Shown: piece by piece, positions 1-7,691 of the stretch
Numbering within the stretch: the stretch's first letter is position 1
Layout of the letters: each line of letters opens with the position of its first letter
NCBI GenBank assembly: GCA_017470985.1
Contig: JAFUXA010000026.1
Span: 14,922 to 78,921 of the forward strand
Reading direction: 5' to 3'
DNA length: 64,000 bases
Source of the DNA: Lachnospiraceae bacterium
GTDB lineage: Bacteria > Bacillota > Clostridia > Lachnospirales > Lachnospiraceae
Position numbers and translations under genes: made by a program
Notes under the pieces: model-generated
The model's database searches: none
Told to the model about the DNA's origin: nothing
Seen by the model: the letters and a program-made list of their open reading frames with translations, nothing else

Positions 1-1
1 A

Positions 2-514
2 CACAAAGTGTTCGACGAGGTACTTGTGCCAGCTGGTCTTGGTAATATAGCTATTTATACTGAGATGGGTAGATTTATGATGGGACCTTACGGTGCGCTT
101 GTGACAACAGCTATTCATGAGAAGCATACTTATAAGGAGTATATTGGTGTGGATGCTTGTGCGGTAAATCTTATGCGTCCAGCTATGTACGGAGCTTATC
201 ATCATATTACAGTTCTTGGTAAGGAGGATGCTCCTTGTGATCATACATATGATGTAACTGGTTCTCTCTGTGAGAATAATGATAAATTCGCTATTGATAG
301 AAAACTCCCTGAGATCGAGATGGGAGATATTCTCTATATTCATGATACAGGTGCTCATGGATTTGCAATGGGATACAACTACAATGGTAAGTTGAAGTCT
401 GCAGAAGTGCTTCTGAAGGAAGATGGAAGCTTTGAACTTATCCGTCGTGCTGAGAAACCACAGGATTATTTTGCAACATTTGACTGCTTCGACATATTTG
501 ACAAGTTGAAATAG
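2..514 (+). CDS. lysA: Diaminopimelate decarboxylase, C-terminal part (5' end lies outside the window)
   Basis: The open frame runs from the window edge. The C-terminal motif ...HDTGAHGFAMGYNYNGKLKSAEVLL... is typical of fold-III PLP decarboxylases of the LysA type. Confidence 0.65.
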   Translation, partial: HKVFDEVLVPAGLGNIAIYTEMGRFMMGPYGALVTTAIHEKHTYKEYIGVDACAVNLMRPAMYGAYHHITVLGKEDAPCDHTYDVTGSLCENNDKFAIDRKLPEIEMGDILYIHDTGAHGFAMGYNYNGKLKSAEVLLKEDGSFELIRRAEKPQDYFATFDCFDIFDKLK

Positions 515-637
515 ATTGTGTGTTGGTATTGGCTGGGATGATATTTGGAAAATTTTTTGGAAAATCATAAAGAAAATACTAGACATCAGACCTGGAATAA
601 TATATACTAGCATTTGTCGGTGATTTACCGACAGAAT

Positions 638-721
638 GCCGGTGTGGCGGAATTGGCAGACGCACAAGACTCAAAATCTTGCGAGGGCAACTTCGTATGG
701 GTTCAAGTCCCATCACCGGCA
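638..721 (+). tRNA. tRNA-Leu (anticodon CAA), type II with long variable arm; CCA not encoded
   Basis: Acceptor stem GCCGGTG/CACCGGC. Anticodon stem-loop CAAGA-CTCAAAA-TCTTG. Long variable arm. T-arm ATGGG-TTCAAGT-CCCAT. Discriminator A. Confidence 0.93.
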
Positions 722-737
722 TTATTAAGAAAGGGAA

Positions 738-783
738 GCGCTAAAATCCAGAGTACTGCGGTTTTAGTGCTTTTTCGTTTTTT
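738..783 (+). terminator. Rho-independent terminator after tRNA-Leu
   Basis: Hairpin GCGCTAAAATC...GGTTTTAGTGC followed by TTTTTCGTTTTTT. Confidence 0.7.
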
Positions 784-988
784 AGGAAAATGTCCCAATT
801 ATGTCTCAAAGTATATGGCATAATTGTGGAAAGTAATAAAATTAAATTACTGGTATATTTATTTTGACGAAATACACGATATAATAATTATAGAAGGGCA
901 ACTTCTGATGGACTGATGCGCATGGGGCGATAAAAGAAGTGATGGTGTATGGAATCAATGGTATTTATGAGAATGGGAGGTGGCAAAT

Positions 989-1780
989 ATGAAATTTAAG
1001 AGAATAAGTGAAAAACAGATACAATGTTTGATATCTCAGGAAGAGCTTGAAGAGAAGGGTATTGCCATCGACGACTTCCTTGATCACAGAGATAAGACGG
1101 AGGAATTTCTTCGAGAGGTAGTAGATGAGGCACAGGATGTGTTGGACATTGAGGAGATGGGCCATTATTTTAGTGTGCAGATGCACATTTTAAAGACTGG
1201 GAATATTTCTCTCATCATAAATTTAGAGGGTGATGAGGCTAGAAACCCTGTATTGGATGATATCCTGGAAACGGCTGAAAAGTTTGGCAAATTTAAAGAG
1301 AAATATGGTAAAGAGGCCTTCGATGATTTGTCTAACAATGTAATTAAAGATATGGTAGACAAGCTGATGCAAGCTGCTAGTCTGGATGATGATGACGAAT
1401 CTATGTATATGCAGGATTCATCAGAATATTGCAAACCAAAGGCTGAGAGAGCTGCTGAAAAGATTGGTGAAGAGTACTCAGACAAGATTCTGGGTGGAAA
1501 GCCGGTATTGGTTAGAATGGAGTCTTTGGATGATTGCATCCGTATGAGCAAGGCTTTGAAAGATGTTAAATGTAGCTACTCTAAATTGTACAAGTATGAT
1601 GAAGAGTATTATATTGAGATAGCCTTCGTAAATGACGAGAAATTCGTAGCGGGCCAGATTATGACAATGTGCGAATATGCTGATGAAATCTTCACTTTTG
1701 ATGAAGGTGGCGCTCTCATTGAGGAGCATGGCAAACAGATTATTGCAGAAGATGCAGTAGCAGCCCTTGCGAAGTTGTAA
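989..1780 (+). CDS. mecA: Adaptor protein MecA-like
   Basis: The N-terminus MKFKRISEKQIQCLISQEELEEKGI... matches the MecA N-terminal pattern, followed by an acidic linker and a C-terminal domain. GGAGG lies 9 nt upstream of ATG 989. The GTG at 980 in the ORF track is less likely. Confidence 0.7.
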   Translation: MKFKRISEKQIQCLISQEELEEKGIAIDDFLDHRDKTEEFLREVVDEAQDVLDIEEMGHYFSVQMHILKTGNISLIINLEGDEARNPVLDDILETAEKFGKFKEKYGKEAFDDLSNNVIKDMVDKLMQAASLDDDDESMYMQDSSEYCKPKAERAAEKIGEEYSDKILGGKPVLVRMESLDDCIRMSKALKDVKCSYSKLYKYDEEYYIEIAFVNDEKFVAGQIMTMCEYADEIFTFDEGGALIEEHGKQIIAEDAVAALAKL

Positions 1781-1800
1781 ATTTAATAGTTGAGTGATTG

Positions 1801-1840
1801 AAAACCTCTCTGCTGGTATAGCCGGCGGAGAGGTTTTTTG
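1801..1840 (+). terminator. Rho-independent terminator after mecA
   Basis: AAAACCTCTC...GAGAGGTTTT stem followed by a T-run. Confidence 0.75.
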
Positions 1841-1893
1841 TGTTGTCTGTGGTTGTGATTGAAAAAAAGATAGAAAAAAAGGGCGAAAAACTA

Positions 1894-1922
1894 TTGACAA
1901 ATGTTATCATATATGATAATCT
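1894..1922 (+). promoter_or_regulatory. Putative promoter with a perfect 16-bp palindromic operator upstream of the XRE gene
   Basis: TTGACA at 1894-1899. The perfect palindrome TTATCATATATGATAA at 1904-1919 overlaps the -10 region (TAATCT/GATAAT). Confidence 0.5.
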
Positions 1923-1946
1923 AACACTACGAATGGCGGTGATGAC

Positions 1947-2192
1947 ATGAGAAAGAGATATGAAGATGGTATAGTTCCGCAGAGCTCGACAGAAGCTAGA
2001 CAGGAAGCGGCAAGACAATTGAAAGAAGCTAGATTAGCAGTCAACTTGACGCAACAGGTTTTAGCTGATCGATCAGGAACGCAGAAATCTAACATTTCTC
2101 GTATGGAGAGTGGTAAGTATAATCCAACTCTTGATTTTCTTGTGAAAGTTGCTGAAAGCATGGGAAAGCGTGTAGTTATTCGTATCGAATAA
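1947..2192 (+). CDS. XRE-family helix-turn-helix transcriptional regulator (81 aa)
   Basis: HTH_3 signature LTQQVLADRSGTQKSNISRMESGKYNPTLDFLVKVAESMG. Confidence 0.8.
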   Translation: MRKRYEDGIVPQSSTEARQEAARQLKEARLAVNLTQQVLADRSGTQKSNISRMESGKYNPTLDFLVKVAESMGKRVVIRIE

Positions 2193-2222
2193 GGTTATAA
2201 GCCTAGTTTTTGTTTGGTGTGT

Positions 2223-2262
2223 GAAGAGGCCTCGGAAAGGATTCCGGGGCTTCATTTTTTTT
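2223..2262 (+). terminator. Probable rho-independent terminator after the XRE gene
   Basis: GAAG(agg)CCTCGG / CCGGGGCTTC hairpin, then A + T8. Confidence 0.55.
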
Positions 2263-2388
2263 ATGCTATTATTCGAAGCTTTTCTATTTGGTTTATCCGG
2301 TACATTTGATGATTTTGTGTCTTCTTGCTAAGTAGATGATAGTGTATAATAGAATGCATATTATTAGGAAATGAGGTTAGTGCAATTG

Positions 2389-4035
2389 ATGCTGCCACAG
2401 GATTTTATAGATAGAATTGAACAGATGCTTGGAGAAGAGGAGCTGCAGGAATTCCTTGCAAGCTATGATAATAAGCGTAATTACGCTCTTAGGATAAATA
2501 GACTTAAGGCAATGCTGCCAGGTTATTCCACTGACTCATTAACTGATTCAATTGAGGAGTTGATTGGCGATAGATGTTTTGAGGCGACGGCTATTCCATG
2601 GGAGCCAAGTGGCAGATATTATATTAATCCGGAAGTGAGTGGATTCAGACCGGGAAAACATCCTTATCATGAAGCGGGAGCTTACTATATTCAGGAAGCC
2701 AGCGCCATGTCTCCTGCGGCATATTTAATGCGAGAGGAGTTGTGGTTTCCAAGTGCTGAAGCTGGAGAAACATGTTCAAATAAAACAACCAATGCTACAG
2801 ATTATAAATTGGATGAAAAAGGATTGAACAACTATAATGCCAACCATACAGGTATCCGCATACTGGATTTGTGTTCTGCACCAGGCGGCAAGACAACCCA
2901 AATCGCATCTTATATGCAGGGGCATGGGCTTCTGGTGTCGAACGAGATTATCCCAAATCGCGCGAAAATTCTCGCTGAAAATGTTGAGCGTATGGGAATT
3001 CGAAACTGTCTGGTTGTAAGTGAGGATCCTCTGAAACTGGCGCCGAAGTTCCCTGAGTTTTTTCATCGTATAATGGTTGATGCGCCTTGCTCTGGCGAGG
3101 GCATGTTTAGGAAAGATGAGGAAGCAGGAGAACAATGGTCTCTGGAAAATGTGCGCATGTGTGGTGAGAGGCAGGATTATATCTTGGATTGCGCTTATGA
3201 TATGCTGATGCCCGGTGGGGTTATGGTATACTCCACATGCACATTTGCGCCTGATGAGAACGAAGGCTCTGTATCCAGATTTCTGCATCGACATCCTGAC
3301 ATGGAGATTGTACCTGTGGTGAAGTTTGATGGGATGAGTGATGGCCGTGCTGATTGGGCTGAGAAGTTTGGCGAGTTAGATGGTGCTCCGGTGGCTGAAG
3401 GAATAGAGAATACAATTAGACTGTGGCCTCATAAATTGAATGGCGAAGGACATTTTCTTGCAGTTCTTCATAAGAAAGAGTTAGGAGCTGAGGTTGATCA
3501 GGGCTTGGAAACCAGAGATTATAATTCCGCAGGTTTCAATCCAGATTCGCTAGCCATCGATTATAAAACAGAGAAGACATATCCTCTTAAGCATTTTCCG
3601 GAACTGCAGAAATTTGCCAGGGAAGTATTGAATGAGGATGCGTATAAGGATTTTGAAACCGGGTCCTTTATCCAATTTGGAAATCAGATATGTCTGGCTA
3701 CAGATGCTCAAACTCCAATTCCTTCTCTAAAAGGATTGAAAGTATATCGCGTGGGCTTACATTTGGGCGAGGTGAAGAAGAATCGATTTGAACCAGAACA
3801 CGCGTGGGCTCTGGCTCTGAGGGAATCTGATGTGACTGCTGGTGTCAGACTTACCATGGCTGATGATTATGAGGATGTCATGAAATATTTCAATGGAGAG
3901 ACATTTAACAGAGATGTGCAGCCCGGATGGCAGGTGGTATTTATTGACGGATATTCCGCAGGTTGGTGCAAGGTGACGGGCAACACAGTGAAGAACCATT
4001 ATCCGAAAGGCTTGCGCAAGAACTTACGGGTGTAG
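2389..4035 (+). CDS. rsmF: RsmB/RsmF-family 16S rRNA m5C methyltransferase (NOL1/NOP2/Sun) with C-terminal PUA-like extension
   Basis: SAM motif LDLCSAPGGKT. Catalytic motifs VDAPCSGEGMFRK and YSTCTF. The start is probably ATG 2389 (MLPQDF..., GAGGT upstream). The ORF track start at 2371 is also possible. Confidence 0.8.
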   Translation: MLPQDFIDRIEQMLGEEELQEFLASYDNKRNYALRINRLKAMLPGYSTDSLTDSIEELIGDRCFEATAIPWEPSGRYYINPEVSGFRPGKHPYHEAGAYYIQEASAMSPAAYLMREELWFPSAEAGETCSNKTTNATDYKLDEKGLNNYNANHTGIRILDLCSAPGGKTTQIASYMQGHGLLVSNEIIPNRAKILAENVERMGIRNCLVVSEDPLKLAPKFPEFFHRIMVDAPCSGEGMFRKDEEAGEQWSLENVRMCGERQDYILDCAYDMLMPGGVMVYSTCTFAPDENEGSVSRFLHRHPDMEIVPVVKFDGMSDGRADWAEKFGELDGAPVAEGIENTIRLWPHKLNGEGHFLAVLHKKELGAEVDQGLETRDYNSAGFNPDSLAIDYKTEKTYPLKHFPELQKFAREVLNEDAYKDFETGSFIQFGNQICLATDAQTPIPSLKGLKVYRVGLHLGEVKKNRFEPEHAWALALRESDVTAGVRLTMADDYEDVMKYFNGETFNRDVQPGWQVVFIDGYSAGWCKVTGNTVKNHYPKGLRKNLRV

Positions 4036-4077
4036 CTCGCTTTCATACCAGGCCTTCATGTTTTGTATATTTTTAAA

Positions 4078-4109
4078 GGCAAGGAGAGGTTTTCCTTGTC
4101 TTTTGTTTT
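4078..4109 (+). terminator. Rho-independent terminator after rsmF
   Basis: GGCAAGGA-loop-TCCTTGTC followed by TTTTGTTTT. Confidence 0.7.
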
Positions 4110-4285
4110 GGATAGTGTTAAATTTTTATCGAGCGGTATTCCATTGGAAACTGCATCAGATGGTAATGTGTTATTACATGACTTTGCGACTGCGAGGAAC
4201 TGTATCTGATTTTTACGGAGCGGTATCTGAGCAACTGACAGCTGCCAGGCGGCTGGCTTTATTGGCGAGAAGACGAGGTGATAAC

Positions 4286-5125
4286 ATGAAGATTGGAATA
4301 ATAGGCTCCGGCCGAGTAGGATATTCTATGGGCAAATATCTGTCGGTTGGTGGCGAGGATGTCATTGGTTTCTATGACAGACATCCCAAGCGCGCAGATG
4401 ATGCTGCGGCTTTTACCCAGACCAAGAGTTTTAGTGACTTGTCCCAGTTGGTCGAACTTAGTGATACCCTGTTTATCACCACACAGGATGGTGAGATTGC
4501 AAACATATGGGATTGCATAAGTAAGTATGATTTAAATAACAAAATAATTAGTCATTTCAGTGGCTCATTATCATCAGATGTATTTCAAGGGATAGATGAA
4601 ACCGGGGCAAAAGGTTTGTCTATTCATCCAATGTTGGCGTTCAGCAACAAATATAATTCCTATTTACAATTAAATGAAGCATTTTTTACTCTTGAGGGAA
4701 ATGATGACGCAGTTCGAACTATGAGTGCGATTCTTGAGGCTCATGGAAATCATGTATTGCATGTTGCCAAGGAGGATAAGGCTTTATATCACTGCGCTAC
4801 AAGTGTCCTTAGTAATCATGTGGTTGCGGTTTTACAAAGCGGCTATGAGATGCTCGAGGCTGTTGGTTTTTCTACAGAGGATGCCATTCGTGCCACAGCG
4901 AATCTGGTTAAGTGCAATGTGGAAAATGTTATTGAAAATGGTCCGGTAAATGCTTTGACTGGCCCTATTGAGAGAAATGATGTGGGCACTGTAAGAAAAC
5001 ATTTATTATCATTAAATGATGTTCAAAAGGCGCGATATTGTGAAATGGGAATGAAGATTGTGGAGATCGCCATGGAGAAACATCCGGAGAAAGATTATGA
5101 GGATATGATTTCGTTGCTGCAATAG
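4286..5125 (+). CDS. panG: Rossmann + DUF2520 protein, putative PanG-type ketopantoate reductase
   Basis: MKIGIIGSGRVGYSMG dinucleotide fold. C-terminal LTGPIERNDVGTVRKHL (DUF2520-like). Sits directly upstream of panB-panC-panD. GAGGTG SD before ATG 4286. The 76-codon upstream extension in the ORF track is not credible. Confidence 0.6.
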   Translation: MKIGIIGSGRVGYSMGKYLSVGGEDVIGFYDRHPKRADDAAAFTQTKSFSDLSQLVELSDTLFITTQDGEIANIWDCISKYDLNNKIISHFSGSLSSDVFQGIDETGAKGLSIHPMLAFSNKYNSYLQLNEAFFTLEGNDDAVRTMSAILEAHGNHVLHVAKEDKALYHCATSVLSNHVVAVLQSGYEMLEAVGFSTEDAIRATANLVKCNVENVIENGPVNALTGPIERNDVGTVRKHLLSLNDVQKARYCEMGMKIVEIAMEKHPEKDYEDMISLLQ

Positions 5126-5190
5126 TCGGCTGATTTGGAAAAACATTTTTCAGAAAAATAGTCGGCAGATTGGGAAAATATTTTCCACCA
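5123..5190 (+). repeat. Two tandem ~36-bp units, each with an internal palindrome, between panG and panB
   Basis: TAGTCGGCTGATTTGGAAAAACATTTTTCAG.. and TAGTCGGCAGATTGGGAAAATATTTTCCACC.. The palindromes are GAAAAA-CA-TTTTTC (5138-5151) and GGAAAATATTTTCC (5173-5186). Confidence 0.8.
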
Positions 5191-5269
5191 ATAAGGAACC
5201 AATCTTGATTACTCTTTTTCGGTCATCGGGGGATGGAGAAGAAATATTTATATTTGGGAGAATAAGAAA

Positions 5270-6097
5270 ATGAAAAACACAGTAGTAACTTTTAAGGAAG
5301 CAAAGGAAAAAGGCGAGAAGCTTACAATGCTTACAGCATATGATTATTCTACAGCTAAGCTCATTGATGCAGCAGGCATTAACTCGATTCTTGTAGGAGA
5401 TTCATTGGGCAATGTTGTTTTGGGATATGAGGACACAATTTCTGTGACAATGGAGGACATGATTCACCATTGCGCAGCAGTTGCTCGTGGAAACAAGGAT
5501 TGCCTGCTGGTATGCGATATGCCTTTTATGTCTTATCAGACATCAGTATATGATGCAGTGGTAAATGCTGGTCGTCTCATGAAGGAAGGCCGTGCTCACG
5601 CAGTTAAGCTTGAGGGTGGCGTTGAGTACGAAGAGACAATCAGAGCTATTGTAAATGCTTCGATTCCAGTATGCGCACATATTGGTCTTACACCTCAGTC
5701 TATCAATGCTTTTGGTGGATTCAAGGTGCAGGGAAGAGGCGAGAAAGCTGCACAGAAACTTCTTGATGATGCAAGAGCAGTGGAGAGAGCGGGAGCATTT
5801 GCCGTAGTATTGGAGTGCGTACCTGCAAAACTTGCGGAGAGAGTATCTAAGGAACTTAGTATTCCAACAATTGGAATTGGAGCTGGCGCTGGCTGCGACG
5901 GTCAGGTGATGGTATATCAGGATATGCTTGGCATGTTCACTGATTTCAAGCCGAAGTTTGTAAAACATTTTGCAAATGTTGGTGAGGAGATGACAGCTGC
6001 TTTCAAGGCTTATGATCAGGAAGTAAAGGCTGGAACATTCCCGGCAGAGGAGCATATATACAAAATTGATGATTCTATTATTGAGAAACTGTACTAG
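5270..6097 (+). CDS. panB: 3-methyl-2-oxobutanoate hydroxymethyltransferase
   Basis: [36 protein letters not shown]... is the canonical PanB pattern over the full length. Confidence 0.93.
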   Translation: MKNTVVTFKEAKEKGEKLTMLTAYDYSTAKLIDAAGINSILVGDSLGNVVLGYEDTISVTMEDMIHHCAAVARGNKDCLLVCDMPFMSYQTSVYDAVVNAGRLMKEGRAHAVKLEGGVEYEETIRAIVNASIPVCAHIGLTPQSINAFGGFKVQGRGEKAAQKLLDDARAVERAGAFAVVLECVPAKLAERVSKELSIPTIGIGAGAGCDGQVMVYQDMLGMFTDFKPKFVKHFANVGEEMTAAFKAYDQEVKAGTFPAEEHIYKIDDSIIEKLY

Positions 6098-6190
6098 AAT
6101 CTGGATTAAAGTGATATACGTAAATTTTTGGAATTGAGAAATGCTACCGGTTATTGATGATTTTGCACTGGAAGCATGTAGGAGGACACA

Positions 6191-7036
6191 ATGAAAATCT
6201 GTTATACAGTTGATGAAGTAAGAACAGCGGTGAAGGAGTGGAAGCGCCAGGGCTTAAGCGTAGGTTTTGTTCCTACAATGGGATATCTTCACGAAGGTCA
6301 TAGAAGTCTCATGGAGGCAGCTCGCAAGGATAATGACAAGGTTGTAGTAAGTATATTTGTCAATCCTATGCAGTTTGGCCCGGGAGAAGATTTGGAGACT
6401 TATCCTAGAGATTTGGAAAAGGATTCTAAGCTATGCGAGGAAGTTGGAGTTGATATTATATTCCATCCGGAACCTGAGGAGATGTATAAGGCTGGTTTCT
6501 GCACTTATGTTGATATGAACGGTCTGACAACTGAGCTTTGCGGTAAGACAAGACCTGTACATTTCAGAGGAGTGCAGACTGTAGTTTTGAAATTATTTAA
6601 CATAGTGACACCGGACAGAGCTTACTTTGGACAGAAGGACGCTCAGCAGCTGGCTGTAATCAAGAGAATGGTTACTGATTTGAATGTGGGCACAGAAATT
6701 ATCGGTTGCCCGATAATTCGTGAGGCAGACGGCCTTGCCAAGAGTTCCAGAAATACTTATCTAAGTGATGAGGAGCGTCGGGCTGCATTGATTTTGAGCA
6801 AGAGCTTGAAACTTGGAAGAGAGGCTATTGAGGCTGGTGAGCGCGATTCCAAGAAGGTTATCGATATCATTTCACAGAATATCGCTACTGAGCCACTGGC
6901 CAAGATTGACTATGTGGATGTTGTAGATTTCGCTACCATCACACCGGTTGACAAAATCACAGGTGAGACTCTTGTTGCAATTGCCGTTTACATTGGCAAG
7001 ACTCGCCTGATCGATAATTTCATCGTGGAAGTTTAG
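6191..7036 (+). CDS. panC: Pantoate--beta-alanine ligase
   Basis: FVPTMGYLHEGHRSLM HIGH-type motif, full length 281 aa, AGGAGG SD. Confidence 0.93.
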   Translation: MKICYTVDEVRTAVKEWKRQGLSVGFVPTMGYLHEGHRSLMEAARKDNDKVVVSIFVNPMQFGPGEDLETYPRDLEKDSKLCEEVGVDIIFHPEPEEMYKAGFCTYVDMNGLTTELCGKTRPVHFRGVQTVVLKLFNIVTPDRAYFGQKDAQQLAVIKRMVTDLNVGTEIIGCPIIREADGLAKSSRNTYLSDEERRAALILSKSLKLGREAIEAGERDSKKVIDIISQNIATEPLAKIDYVDVVDFATITPVDKITGETLVAIAVYIGKTRLIDNFIVEV

Positions 7037-7075
7037 GGTGATTTATTATTATTTTGTTTTAATTAGATTAAACTA

Positions 7076-7217
7076 GCATCAGCAGACTTATATAGCTTTA
7101 TCAGGAACATTGCGAGCCCCGGCACTTAACGAGTTGCGTAAGCAGACGAGTTTAGTACCGCTGGTGCGAGCAGGTAGCGGAAGCGTTCCGGTAAAGCTCA
7201 TATAAGTCTGCAGATGC
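7076..7217 (+). ncRNA. Unclassified, strongly structured ~140-nt intergenic element between panC and panD (strand not established)
   Basis: A ~25-bp closing helix (GCATCAGCAGACTTATAT-AGCTTTA / TAAAGCTCATATAAGTCTGCAGATGC) encloses inner hairpins: GGAAC/GTTCC, CTTAaCG..CGTAAG and CCGCT..AGCGG. There is no credible ORF. Confidence 0.4.
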
Positions 7218-7253
7218 GGAACTATAAGTGGAATTATAAGTGGAATTATAAGT
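7218..7253 (+). repeat. Three tandem 12-nt repeats (GGAAyTATAAGT) abutting the panD Shine-Dalgarno
   Basis: GGAACTATAAGT GGAATTATAAGT GGAATTATAAGT, then AGGAG (7254-7258). This gives four GGA motifs at exact 12-nt phasing. Confidence 0.9.
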
Positions 7254-7265
7254 AGGAGAAAAGAA

Positions 7266-7661
7266 ATGACACTGAATATGTTAAAAGGCAAAATTCATAG
7301 AGCGACAGTTACTCAGGCTGCCCTTGATTATGTGGGAAGCATTACAATCGACAGTAAGCTTATGGAAGCTGCTGGAATCCTGGAGTATGAGTATGTGCAG
7401 ATTGCAGATGTGGAAAATGGCAATAGATTTGAGACATATGTAATTGCCGGCGAAGCTGGAAGCGGCATGATTTGCTTAAATGGCGCGGCTGCTCGTCAGG
7501 TTCAGGTTGGCGACCATGTAATTATCATGGCTTATGCTCAGATGAGCCCTGAGGAGGCTAAGGAAAATAAGCCTTATGTAGTATTTGTGGATGACGACAA
7601 CAAGATTTATCGTGAAACACGCTACGAGAAGCATGGATTGTTGATGGATGATTTCAGATAA
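7266..7661 (+). CDS. panD: Aspartate 1-decarboxylase
   Basis: [25 protein letters not shown] contains the pyruvoyl-forming G-S site. Confidence 0.92.
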   Translation: MTLNMLKGKIHRATVTQAALDYVGSITIDSKLMEAAGILEYEYVQIADVENGNRFETYVIAGEAGSGMICLNGAAARQVQVGDHVIIMAYAQMSPEEAKENKPYVVFVDDDNKIYRETRYEKHGLLMDDFR

Positions 7662-7691
7662 TCAGAACAGTAATTATAAAGGAGATATCTT

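Noticed and set aside
614-823. 69-aa ORF in the six-frame track.
   Set aside because: It is read straight through the tRNA-Leu gene (638-721) and its terminator, has no SD, and is an artefact.
4058-4285. 76-codon N-terminal extension of the panG-like ORF.
   Set aside because: The extension runs through the rsmF terminator and the structured leader and has an implausible composition (MFCIFLKARRGFPCLLFW...). The Rossmann fold starts at Met 4286, which has its own GAGGTG SD.
7076-7217. The possibility that the panC-panD structured element is SRP RNA, 6S RNA, a hammerhead ribozyme or a known riboswitch.
   Set aside because: - It lacks the SRP domain IV pattern (CAGG..GGAA..AGCA).
- It is too short and lacks the central bubble layout of 6S RNA.
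- It has no CUGAUGA/GAAA hammerhead core.
- It has none of the conserved cores of the common riboswitch classes that I can recall.

It stays unclassified pending an Rfam scan.
7088-7291. 67-aa minus-strand ORF across the panC-panD spacer.
   Set aside because: It is composed of the translated hairpin and the 12-nt repeats (..[12 protein letters not shown]..). It has no SD and runs antisense into the panD start.
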